A DNA stretch of 63,481 nucleotides, the filler included, from Octopus bimaculoides (Eukaryota): NCBI RefSeq assembly GCF_001194135.2. It is 7 parts of 5 records of this genome, joined end to end, with 100 filler letters (N's around TTAATTAATTAA, not from the genome) between each part and the next. Parts side by side here need not be neighbours in the genome. Positions count along the whole stretch, not along the records: positions 1 to 23,501 come from NC_068984.1; 6 more parts are not named here. The stretch is one strand, 5' to 3'. Below are positions 1-10,827 of the stretch, one piece after another. The position numbers and the translations under genes were made by a program. A model generated the notes under the pieces. That model worked only from the letters and a program-made list of their open reading frames with translations, had not been told where the DNA came from and ran no database searches. How positions within the stretch are numbered: the stretch's first letter is position 1; every line of letters starts with the position of its first letter.

Positions 1-328
1 GATTCCCAGACCGGGCGTTGTGAGTGTTTATTGAGCGAAAACACCTAAAGCACCACGAGGCTCCGGCAGGGGATGGTGGCGAACCCTGCTGTACTCCTTC
101 ACCACAACTTTCTCTCACTCTTACTTCCTGTTTCTGTTGTGCCTGTAATTCAGAGGGTCAGCCTTGTCACACTGTCACGCTGAATATCCCAGAGAACCAC
201 GTTAAGGGTACATGTGTCCATGGAGTGCTCAGCCACTTGCATGTTAATTTCATGAGCAGGCTGTTCCACTGATCAGATCAACTGGAACCCTCAACGTTGT
301 AAGCAACGGAGTGCCAACAACAACAACA
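1..328 (+). mobile_element. tRNA-derived SINE, 5' end cut by the window, with (CAA)n tail
   Basis: Begins with the end of a B-box (GATTCCC), has a GC-rich body and ends in CAACAACAACAACA followed by (TA)n. Confidence 0.65.
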
Positions 329-666
329 TATGCATATATATATATATATATATTTATACATATGTATATGTGTGTATGAATATATGTATCTATGTATGTA
401 TAAATATTTATATATATATATATGAGCATAATAATAAACTTAGTATTAACCTTACATCCTTTGTGAAGCAGTATTGCTGTACAACACTTCCATAAGTGGC
501 AGATAGAAGAATGGTCTTTAGAGATATATAGAGGTTAGCTGTGAATAAGCCAGCTTGATGATCGGCTAATAAGTAGTTGCAAACAAGCTGTAGCAGCGTT
601 CACTAGGGTGCAGTGACCTAATGGATAGCATTAGTGGATCTATAGAAAAAAAAAATACAGCAACAA

Positions 667-842
667 CTAAAACGGTACATGCCATATGACTGTTGTGACA
701 AGGCAGATAAAAGCTGTTTTCAAATTCACTTGCTTCTGTCTGTGAGTTAGATTGTTGCAGCCTTCTCCCGCAAGTTGCCACTTCTTTGATATTTTGCTGA
801 GACAAAGAAAGTGTCTGTGCTTGCTCATGACTGCAAGGGCAC
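667..842 (-). CDS. Candidate exon of an unidentified downstream gene
   Basis: Acceptor ctttcactcttattttag| at 843-844. Two frames stay open for about 170 nt in AT-rich DNA. The phase is compatible with the 4492-4625 exon (G|GT gives Gly, then ALAVMSKHRHFLCLSKISKKWQ..., stop at 667-669). Product not recognised. Confidence 0.3.
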
Positions 843-1069
843 CTAAAATAAGAGTGAAAGTTTGGTGCATGAGAAGGAAAATCTTTTCTGCTACTGAGTC
901 ATACTTGAATATGAATGATGGCTAAGAAATTAAACTCCTATAATAACTAAATTTATCAATATGCAGAAAATAATTTATTCATTATTCTGTATCAGCATAT
1001 TTAAAAGTGAGGACTGTATTTAGTGAAAAGAGAAAAAGAAAAAATATCAAATTTTCTTACATCATCCTT

Positions 1070-1205
1070 GTTATCATCATCATCATTTAAACATTCAGTT
1101 TACAATGCTTGGATGGGTCAGATGGAATTTATTGAGGCAGATTTTCCATGGCTGGATGACTTTCCTGTTGCCAACATTCACGGATTTCCAAGCAAGATAA
1201 TTTTC
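1070..1205 (-). mobile_element. Decayed SINE 3' end, same family as 60664-60940
   Basis: catcatcatcatttaaacattcagtttacaatgcttggatgggtcagatgg aligns to the reverse complement of 60880-60930, with CpG-type substitutions. Confidence 0.55.
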
Positions 1206-1544
1206 CCCCATGGCTGGACATGGTTTCATCGAAGCTTGGAAATGAAGGACACTCTTTTACAACAATCACATGATATCAAGACAAGGAGACACCAACTTAT
1301 AGGCACAAAAGTGAAATACTAGTGTAAGGAGGGCTTAGTAGCTAAATAGAAATTATGGTCCCTTAATTCAAAAGAACAAAGTATTTTGTTACAGTAGCTT
1401 ATACATTGTGAAAGAGAAAGTACTCAGACATCCAAAGCATTTAGTTATTTAACAGGATGACTGACAAGTAGGCATACTAACAGCCAGAAAAAATATATTT
1501 CTAATGAAGGCATCAGAAAACCATAAATGTGAAGCATGGGGATT

Positions 1545-1860
1545 GTTGATTAGACTGCCCCTGTATTCAACTGGATGGAGACCCTTGAAAGGATGAAAGG
1601 CAAAGTTGACCTCAGTGGGTTTTGAATTCAGAATATAAAGGTATGCTTTGAAATTTTGGCTCAAGGCCAACAATTTTAGGGAAGGGTTAAGTGAATTACA
1701 TCAATCCTCGTGTTTAATTGGTACTTATTTTATCAACCTCAAAAGTATGAAGGGCAAAGTTGACCTTGATGAATTTGAACCCAGGACGTAAAGTCAGATG
1801 AAATGCTGCTAAGCATTTTGTCCTGATATGCTAATGATTCTGCCAGCTTGCTGCCTTGAT
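1545..1860 (-). mobile_element. Two CpG-decayed partial copies of SINE family A
   Basis: gaaaggatgaaaggcaaagttgacctcagtgg and aaagttgaccttgatgaatttgaacccagg...ctgccagcttgctgcc match family A consensus (11126-11358) with CG changed to TG/CA. Confidence 0.75.
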
Positions 1861-2840
1861 GCAACTAAATGTTACAAGACATAACCTACTGGGTGCATTT
1901 GGTATTATTGTCATCGAGGAATATTAATAAACTATCGATTATTAAATTGATTGCAAATCTGATACATGAAAGAAGCAAGCAGATAAAGAAAACAAAAGAA
2001 CTTTTTTTGAAAAACAACACACACATACACAAAAATAATGAATATCAGTGTTCATTAATTTATTAATATAAAGTTATAGATTTAAATGTTTAATCAACAA
2101 TTTAAGATTTTTTCTTTTTTTTGTGTTAATATTATTAAATGGAAGTGAAAATGATGAGAATATTAACAATTTCAAAAACAATATATAAAATAGTCTTTTT
2201 TGAGATATTTTGTTTAATTTTCATCATTTGGAGCAAAAAAATTTCAGTTAAAACACACAACATAAATATTGATCTTCCCCCTACCAAGATGGAAAAAAAA
2301 CAAACAAACAAGAAAATGGTTGTTGTAATGAAAAGAAATGAGAAAAAAGAATACAAGTCTAAGAGAAAAATAATTTTTTTTTTAAAATAAAGGTCACTTA
2401 AAGTGAAACAAAAATGAAAATAGAACTTTTTGTATATTTTAATTTATGAGCTTTTATAATTTCCAGAGAATTTTTAAAAACAATTTTACACCTGTTTTTC
2501 AATGTCAGCATGGGATGAATTCAATCAAATAAATAAATTTAGGCGACCTCCTTAATGATAACCATACTAAAGTTAACACGATGTCAGATTTTCAGGTAAC
2601 TCAGAGTATAAGGTAAATGTTAGTGGCTTATAATATTTAACCACTAACCACACCTTGAGCCAAGGGCTAACTTTTATAATAATGTTTGTAAGTAGGGTAG
2701 TGAACAAATTGAAATAGGTGAAGCAACAATGAAAACCATACCACACTTCCAATGATAAATCTAATTATGACACATTGAAGAGAGGGAAAATCTGAAACCA
2801 AACACTTAGAGGTTTTTTTCCAAATGCCAATCATTGTAAC

Positions 2841-3150
2841 CAGTGTTGTAGCTATTAGGAGAGCAAGGGGGAGTGACCACTCCCACCAAGCACATTTTTC
2901 AAAATTGGTGCCTTTTCAGCAATTGATTTTTGACTCTTTAGTTATCTACATCAGTAGGTGTAAGCTTTGTACACAATGACATTGTTACTGAAATATGATA
3001 TTAGTGAAAGTAGAATACAATTATGTATAACTAATGAAATATTTCATGTAATACAAGAGAAATTAGTTAAAAATTGTTTGGTATGTATCACGGCACCTTT
3101 TTCTTTTCATGTGCTCACTCCCCCTAACTTTAGAACCAGGTCATGCCTCT
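2841..3150. mobile_element. Decayed MITE-like element
   Basis: Inverted pair gggggagtgaccac (2867-2880) and gtgctcactccccc (3111-3124), 13/14 match. The termini resemble CAGTGGCGTAGC...GCTACGCCACTG after CpG decay. Confidence 0.4.
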
Positions 3151-4074
3151 GATTGCATCATAGAAGGAGAAAAATATCTACTCTTTAATAAGACAAATTG
3201 AGACAAAGTCAGGTTTCTTGCTTGCTATTTCATCATCAGCTAAATAGTTGTATTTTATCTCCATAACAGTGATGGCTTGATTGATTTGCAATATAGCACC
3301 TCTCTATGTGACTTGACCCCATGTAGTCAAATCTGAGAGGTGAAGCATTCTTAAATCTGACCAAACCATATGAATGCTTCTTTGAAGTTGTAATTGTCTG
3401 GCATAGAACTCTGCCAGTGACTTGGCTGCAGTTGTTCAATGTAAATTTTGATACCTCATGAAATACTTTTAAATCTCAACAGCTTCACGTGCTATTAAAT
3501 ATCTGAATGGTTTTTCTACAATGGAGTTGTCTGTTTCTTCTTCATTCCTTCTCAATGTAGCTAATTTGATTTATAGTTGTTTATATGTATTTTTAATTTG
3601 CTGTTGCCTATCCCATACTATTTAGATAAATCTGTTGACACATCTGCTTGCATGTAAATGGAAAAAAAAGTCACAGTAATTTAAAGTGGGCAGTGAAAGG
3701 GATAATCAACAATGGGGAAAAAAGGGGTTATCATATGGAAAAAAAAATCATGCATTCTATTGATTTCAATTGGTATATAGATAATTTTAAAAAAACTTTT
3801 AATATAAGGGCATAATTTCAAGGAAGGGGTATAATGGACTGAATTAATCTTAGAACTTATTTATTTACTGTCTCTGAAAGTATGGAATTATTAAACCTTA
3901 TTTTGTATTTAAAAAAAAAAAAATTCCCTAATTTTAAGAGTAAATAGTTTCGAATTAATTTTCTTTTGTATCTAAAATATTCAGTTGCATAAATGTTTAA
4001 TGACTCTGAACAGAATAATAATAATTTCATAGTTAGGCAGAAGACCAGTAATTTGGGGGAGGAGGCTGGTCTGT

Positions 4075-4400
4075 TTTAATTAGCCCTTTATTTTATCAAT
4101 CTAAGACAGGCAAACCTGACCTCAGCAGAATATGAACTCAGAACAAAGATCACAATTCATTTTGTTTGATGCTCTAATAATTATGCTAATCCATCAGCCT
4201 TTTAATAGTTTCTAATTAGGCACAAAACAAGAAACTGTAGTATAGGAGTGGGAAACACTTGCTTAAATAGAGTACTTGACTAGTACTTTATTGACCCCAG
4301 AAGGGTGAAAGGAAAAGTCAACCTTAATGGGATTTGAACTCAGAATGTAAAGAGATGGCATTTTGTCCAATGCTCTTATGATTCTGCCAATCTACCGCCA
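4075..4400 (-). mobile_element. Two CpG-decayed partial copies of SINE family A
   Basis: ggcaaacctgacctcagcagaatatgaactcagaac and gaccccagaagggtgaaaggaaaagtcaaccttaatgggatttgaactcagaatgtaaag match family A. Confidence 0.7.
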
Positions 4401-4491
4401 TCATATTGTCAAAATTTTCTATTATTGTGATTACACACATATGAAATTAAAAGGATATTTTAGATTTATAAGAATCTAGTAAAAACTTTAC

Positions 4492-4625
4492 CAAGCCATA
4501 TAGAAGTTGAAACAAACTGATTTAGATTATTTAACTTTGATTTGAGTAATACTGTATCAAAGAAGCAGGTTCGTACTTGCAATTGAGGTTTTGCTTTGTC
4601 AACTGAATTTAACTGAAATATCATC
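4492..4625 (-). CDS. Candidate coding exon of an unidentified downstream gene (MIFQLNSVDKAKPQLQVRTCFFDTVLLKSKLNNLNQFVSTSIWL-G)
   Basis: Acceptor tattttgttttctaaag| at 4626-4627 and donor CTTG|GTAAAG at 4491. One frame is open across the whole exon and the other two have stops. No protein family recognised. Confidence 0.3.
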
Positions 4626-4954
4626 CTTTAGAAAACAAAATATTTCTGTGGAGTTCCATTCCAGGTCTGAGATTTTAGAATCAATAATGTATTATGGTTG
4701 AGTATCTAATAAACAAGTTCGGTGTCAATCAGTCAATGTCTTTTCTCTGCTGCCTCACTTGTTACTAAAATGATTTCTCCTACGCTGTTATGCCATCCTC
4801 ATCTTATGAACCAATTTCTCTACTTCTCATTTCTCAATACTGTCTTTTCTTTTCCAAATTCCTGTATTAAATACTTGACTCCACCACATTCTTTCCTTTC
4901 TATCTACTGAAGATAACCAACAAAGCAAGTATTGTCTTGAGTTCTTGGACTCAT

Positions 4955-5165
4955 AGGGCTGATCACCTAGTTTCCATAGCATATAAGTAACTCAGATCAC
5001 AACATTTCCACTGAATGGGATGTCAGTCTGTGACAGGGTTACTCACTTACAGCTGGGTGGACTGGAGCAATGTGAAATGAAGTGTTTTGCTCAAGAAGAC
5101 AATGCACTCAACCTGGGAATTAAAATCATGATCACAACATCCTAACCACTAGGCCGTGTGCCTTC
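4955..5165 (-). mobile_element. SINE family C (tRNA head plus CORE-like body), decayed
   Basis: cagctgggtggactggagcaatgtgaaatgaagtgttttgctcaagaagacaatgc...ctaaccactaggcc is the reverse complement of the pattern at 45170-45335. A related copy lies at 16050-16200. Confidence 0.6.
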
Positions 5166-6937
5166 ATTGAATAACCAATAACAAGTTCTTAAAATATAGA
5201 CATGCAACAATTCTAATTTCTCTAGCTAGATTTCTCTACCTCTTAATGAAGGAGTACTTAATGTTATGAAGGCTGCTACTCCTGCCAGTGGTCAAAATTT
5301 ATTTTAACCATAACCATAAACAAAACTATATTTAATAAAACATTAGAGTGTAGACAATGGCCAGTGTGAACTAGGTGCAAGCATGCATGACCGTGTGAAT
5401 GTTGTTACAATGAATTGTTGCTGTGAGCATAGTGTTGTACATTCACATGACTATGACACTAAATTTTGTTTAGTTTATGTCATCTCTTTGGTCAAATACA
5501 TTTGATTCAACTCTTAGATAACAGAATCAGAGATATGATTTTATAAGGAGATTTAATTACTGATTGATTGAAATCTCTACCTAAGGGCAGAATATAAATT
5601 AAATTGCTTAGGTCATTTTATATTTAGGAAGATGGCATTTTAAAAAAGAAAATATGTTTGCTTCATTAAAAAAAAAAAAAAAAATTATGTAGTAAATATA
5701 ATTATATTTATTCCTGTAGAATTAAGTCGGTTGGAAATCTTAGAATTTAGAGAAAAGAAAATAAGGTAAATGGTTTCAAAACATCTTGAACCTGTTGATA
5801 TAGAGAAAATTTCGACTGAACAAAAAAAAACAAAATAATAAAAAAACAAACAAAAGGAAACGTGTCCCATACACCTGAAAGTTTCAGGCTTAAACAGGAA
5901 GGGCGATTTTTTTAAATATCATAACCATAAGTAAGCACAAAAGAAAACACGAACGGAAATATGGTCAGATCTGATGTAGGGTTAAATAACAGCAATCCGG
6001 AGTCATTACTATATTGGATCAAATACTAACCTTGTTTACTTCCAAAGTATAATTACAGTTTAGTGCACCCTCTACAACTTTGTCATAACACAATTTTACA
6101 GGGGTACATTTTGAAAGTATAGATTACAATATTGTTGACGGAAATTAAAATTGAATTTAAAAAAAAAAATTAGTTAGAAACGAAAGAAAGCCATACGATT
6201 ATAACCAAAGAGAAAAAAAGTCTGACATTATCTTGGTTTATTATCAACATCAAAATTGGAAGCATGGCAATAACATTTCGAATTTGTGTTTAACCTACTA
6301 TAAATAATACATATCGAAAGTAGTGCAATAAACGTCGTTTCTTACATCAGTATGCTGTGCAACGATCCTGTATTAGTTATTGAATGGTCGAAAAAAAAGT
6401 ATGTACTTCTTTTATCGCAATGATATTTTCATAAGCGTACCTCTGCAAAATCTTAAAAAAATATATACACTATTAAAAAAGTGAGGAAGAAACAAAGTTG
6501 GGGGCACTAAACTGTAGTTATTCCCTTTCAAAAACATTATTAAATATACATATCTTGGACAACTGAATTGTTGAAGAAAATTTTGTGTTTAAAATAATTT
6601 AACGACACTGTTTCAGATTTGTTTGTATTTTCTTTTGATTTTGCATACGTAATATGCCTTATTTTAGTCATGGCTTTTCGGTTTCACACGGACATTTAAA
6701 GTAATTAAATAAATATGAAGGATCGCCAATAAAGTTTAGTTGAATTTAATATTTCATTTTGTTTCAGTTGTATTTTAGTTTCACAGTCAGTACCTTTTGG
6801 AAATAGACTGAACTTTGTAAACGAAACAGACTTAGAAAATAATTTTTTTTTTTTTCACTACAGAAAGCGGTATCAAGTTTTTGTTGGGAAAGGCTGAAGG
6901 GACGAGTCCAAGGTACAATATACACGTCTGATTCCCA

Positions 6938-6943
6938 TTTATT
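6938..6943 (-). promoter_or_regulatory. Candidate polyadenylation signal for FITM2
   Basis: TTTATT on plus (AATAAA on minus) about 48 nt past the FITM2 stop. The region is AT-rich, so a chance match is possible. Confidence 0.4.
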
Positions 6944-6990
6944 TGCCTTAAGGTCTATTATTAAAGATTGATATAACAACAGAAAATATC

Positions 6991-7950
6991 TTAGGTCATG
7001 TAACGAAAGGGAGTTTGTCCAGGATAAGGAATAGTATACGAATAAGTTGGATAAATGACACGGTAACTAATAAACCAACATATCACAGACACCATCGATG
7101 CGGCAACTTTCTCGGCAAGAGAATGGAACCGGTATACACTGGTGATTAGCAACATAAATTCCCAAACAAGTGTAAACAAAGTCAACATAATGATGGCCGC
7201 CTTAATATAAGGGGTTAACTTTTCGTTGGCATCCTTAGATAAATTAACTTCCTCAGAACTTACTTTCCGCATCTGTTGAACATCAGGATTCTGTAAAAGT
7301 TCGCGTAATCTTCTCCAGTCTTTGAAAACCCGACATTCTTCTACGATGGTTAACAAGTTATGCGTCAGTAAAAACACATGGCCGGATACATCAAATGCAA
7401 GCCAAACTCTACCGGCTTGTTTGCATTTATGCCTAGTAGTCAGCTTAATTTCAGTACAGATACCTGTCGTCTGAGCAATATGATCAAAAGCGGTTGTACA
7501 AACGTACCACCAAAAGGTGGCAATAGCTAAGCGCAATAAATGCTTTTTAACCAAATTCACATTACACCCAGTGTATACGTAACTCGTTAGCGATATAAAA
7601 ACGGATAACATCACTACAGTCCATATCCAACCGAAATTAACGAAGAAGAGGTTTAATAAATTATCCCTCCGAGAGAAATACATTGGTGGTACAACAAACA
7701 AATCAGCTATCACAGAAGCAACAAAGACACCAACGACATAGATACCGATTTTAACAGAGATATCCATGAGCAAAACTTTGCGACACAGCTTCATGACAAC
7801 CATAAGTAGAAAATGTCCGACATGTATTGGTTGAGCTAAAACAGGCATCTTGCCACTGGCATTACTTGCTTTCCTCTGTGTGGGCAGTTTCTTAGGTGGT
7901 TTTCGACTCTGTATTTGAGAACTGATGCTTTCTCCTTTTGGGACTGCCAT
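6991..7950 (-). CDS. FITM2: FIT-family (fat storage-inducing transmembrane / Scs3-like) ER membrane acyl-CoA diphosphatase, FITM2-like, single coding exon, 319 aa
   Basis: Uninterrupted 319-aa ORF with multiple hydrophobic TM segments. It has the FIT-family motifs FDVSGHVFLL (His191, codon 7378-7380) and RFHSLAEK (His276, codon 7123-7125), which match the two catalytic histidines of FITM2/Scs3. A conserved Cys pair (GIC...CKQAGRVW) lies in the lumenal loop. Start context is AAAT-ATG-G. A minus-strand AATAAA occurs at 6938-6943. Confidence 0.95.
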   Translation of the reverse strand: MAVPKGESISSQIQSRKPPKKLPTQRKASNASGKMPVLAQPIHVGHFLLMVVMKLCRKVLLMDISVKIGIYVVGVFVASVIADLFVVPPMYFSRRDNLLNLFFVNFGWIWTVVMLSVFISLTSYVYTGCNVNLVKKHLLRLAIATFWWYVCTTAFDHIAQTTGICTEIKLTTRHKCKQAGRVWLAFDVSGHVFLLTHNLLTIVEECRVFKDWRRLRELLQNPDVQQMRKVSSEEVNLSKDANEKLTPYIKAAIIMLTLFTLVWEFMLLITSVYRFHSLAEKVAASMVSVICWFISYRVIYPTYSYTIPYPGQTPFRYMT

Positions 7951-8330
7951 ATTTCGACGACTTTTTATTTTATTTTAAATAACCAGTCATATAAGAGTTA
8001 TCTCCCGATGAAGTCCACTCACCCTTTTTCTACCTCCCAAATCTTTTAGTTTTCGTCTGCTTCACTATTAAAAACTTGCCTTAAATCTTTCATAACTATA
8101 TAAATAACTATTTAAAGTATGAAAAGCTTTAAATGGATATTCGAGCTTGCTACAATTCTTTAAACCGGTAGTTTATTAACAGTGGGCGTTTATACGAGAA
8201 CGGAAAATAGTGCGTAAGCACCCGATCCAGCTGATAAAACACACACACACTAAATCCACGCTAATTCATAACTAAAATTCTAGTTTCTGCAAAAATTCAG
8301 GGAATCTTTATTAGTCCCTGAAAATCCAGT
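7951..8330 (-). promoter_or_regulatory. Putative 5'UTR/promoter of FITM2, including a strong 5' splice donor (AGG|GTGAGT, intron starting at 8022)
   Basis: CpG-retaining unique sequence immediately upstream of the ATG. Plus-strand ACTCACC at 8017-8023 reads G|GTGAGT on minus. Confidence 0.45.
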
Positions 8331-8844
8331 ATTCTTTTATGACAGTAAATATTGCGTAGCAACGCACAAGATCAAATTAACTCCCACTATTTCTTTTTCT
8401 CGTTGGTATAACTATTAATTTTATGAATATTGATATTTTCCTGTGGAATAATCTGCTAATTTTATCAACTTACAGCAAAATATTCACAGATATCAATGTT
8501 AAAACTTTATCGTGTGAGAAGTTAGGGACAACCACAACCATAAATTTTATAAATATTGATACGTTATCGTAATCTTAAAATTTTCTTAGGGGAAAAAATT
8601 AATTTGATCAATAAAATTTGGTAGAAAACACAGCAAAAGTGGTGCGCTAACTCTCACACGTGGAAGTATAGGTGTTGTTTATTCTCAACACGGTAAAATA
8701 TCAAACGTCACTACCAATCTTCCGCGTTGGAGCAAGCACAGAGTCTACTACTTTTGTTGAAATCCATCTTTTTGTTTCCTTTTTACTCGTTGGTATATCT
8801 AGTAATTTTATAAATATTGACACTTCAATACTCATAAAATTAGG

Positions 8845-9185
8845 TACTCCTCGGCCTCCCACCTCATAGCTATTCGTCTCACGCGCTGGCACAGACATGT
8901 CCTCCGTCTCTTGTTGGATCATCTTACCATGGCTTTACTCTCATTCGACGCAGCAACTGCGGGCTGGAAGAGGCCGCGTGACAAGCTACGCACCAGATGG
9001 CTGGACGTGATTGAGGTAGATCTCCGGTGGTTCAACGTCACCTTGAAGGATGCCGAGGAGCTGGTACGGGATCGCTGGTAAGCACTGATGGACCTAGTCG
9101 GCTCTACGCATGATGACGTCTCTGGGACCACTAACCTGGGATGACCCCCAACCTCATCAAGCATGAAGCGAAAGCGAAGCGAGCG
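8845..9185 (+). mobile_element. RTE-clade LINE 3' fragment
   Basis: Frame +1 from 8845 to the stop at 9079-9081 translates as ...LIAIRLTRWHRHVLRLLLDHLTMALLSFDAATAGWKRPRDKLRTRWLDVIEVDLRWFNVTLKDAEELVRDRW*. This matches the RTE C-terminal pattern RLRWFGHVLR...WKRPRGRPRTRW.D. A short repetitive tail follows. Confidence 0.85.
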
Positions 9186-10827
9186 TTGTGTAGCGTCTGA
9201 AACAAAGAGCTTGCCATCCTTAACTATGCTGCGTTCTAAACGTAACCATCTCGCCATTTTTTTCTTTAAGACCAAAATTTCCACCGTTCTTTTTCTTTAA
9301 AAGACATATTACCTAATGTGGCCAGAAGCTCACTATGCTTGAAAAATTAGAGATTGATCTGGGGTCAAACAGCTTAAGTAACTAGTAACTAGATTCGTGT
9401 TATGTGTAAAAGCATGTTTTTGTACTGCTGTCGCTAACATGCTAGAAATGGCAGCTGTATTCCTCACCTGCACATAAATTTCATGGCGGAATTCTGGATT
9501 AAGTATCTCATATAACCCCTCATATCATTTCTGTTAGTTGGAGTTTTCAGAAAATTTTGGGAATTTGTGTTCTACACACGAGAATTCATACGATTATACC
9601 AAAAAATCTTTTAGAACTTTTTTAAACTCTTAAATTCTCCCCATTATCATGGGGAGAATTTAAAAGTTTTAAAATTTCCACTCTTTTTCAAAAATTGTCT
9701 TTTTAAAATGCGGACAGTCCAAATCTGTCATTTATTTCTGTTTATAATTTCAAAATAAATTTTGAAATCCAAATTCAAAAAGTTAAAAATATTCGTGCGG
9801 ACGCATAGCCTATTGTGGATTCTGGGTCGAAACATAACGGATCATAACTTTTTGGCTTTTTTGATATTTTCATAAATTTTTTTGCGAATGTGTTCTACAC
9901 ACTGGTCCTCGTACAATTATGCAAAANNNNNNNNNNNNNNNNNNNNNNNNNNNNNNNNNNNNNNNNNNNNNNNNNNNNNNNNNNNNNNNNNNNNNNNNNN
10001 NNNNNNNNNNNNNNNNNNNNNNNNNNNNNNNNNNNNNNNNNNNNNNNNNNNNNNNNNNNNNNNNNNNNNNNNNNNNNNNNNNNNNNNNNNNNNNNNNNNN
10101 NNNNNNNNNNNNNNNNNNNNNNNNNNNNNNNNNNNNNNNNNNNNNNNNNNNNNNNNNNNNNNNNNNNNNNNNNNNNNNNNNNNNNNNNNNNNNNNNNNNN
10201 NNNNNNNNNNNNNNNNNNNNNNNNNNNNNNNNNNNNNNNNNNNNNNNNNNNNNNNNNNNNNNNNNNNNNNNNNNNNNNNNNNNNNNNNNNNNNNNNNNNN
10301 NNNNNNNNNNNNNNNNNNNNNNNNNNNNNNNNNNNNNNNNNNNNNNNNNNNNNNNNNNNNNNNNNNNNNNNNNNNNNNNNNNNNNNNNNNNNNNNNNNNN
10401 NNNNNNNNNNNNNNNNNNNNNNNNNNNNNNNNNNNNNNNNNNNNNNNNNNNNNNNNNNNNNNNNNNNNNNNNNNNNNNNNNNNNNNNNNNNNNNNNNNNN
10501 NNNNNNNNNNNNNNNNNNNNNNNNNNNNNNNNNNNNNNNNNNNNNNNNNNNNNNNNNNNNNNNNNNNNNNNNNNNNNNNNNNNNNNNNNNNNNNNNNNNN
10601 NNNNNNNNNNNNNNNNNNNNNNNNNNNNNNNNNNNNNNNNNNNNNNNNNNNNNNNNNNNNNNNNNNNNNNNNNNNNNNNNNNNNNNNNNNNNNNNNNNNN
10701 NNNNNNNNNNNNNNNNNNNNNNNNNNNNNNNNNNNNNNNNNNNNNNNNNNNNNNNNNNNNNNNNNNNNNNNNNNNNNNNNNNNNNNNNNNNNNNNNNNNN
10801 NNNNNNNNNNNNNNNNNNNNNNNNNNA

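Noticed and set aside
3181-3660. Possible minus-strand exon or RT remnant
   Set aside because: Every frame after the best acceptor hits a stop within about 12 codons, and motif similarity to RT was too weak to support a call.
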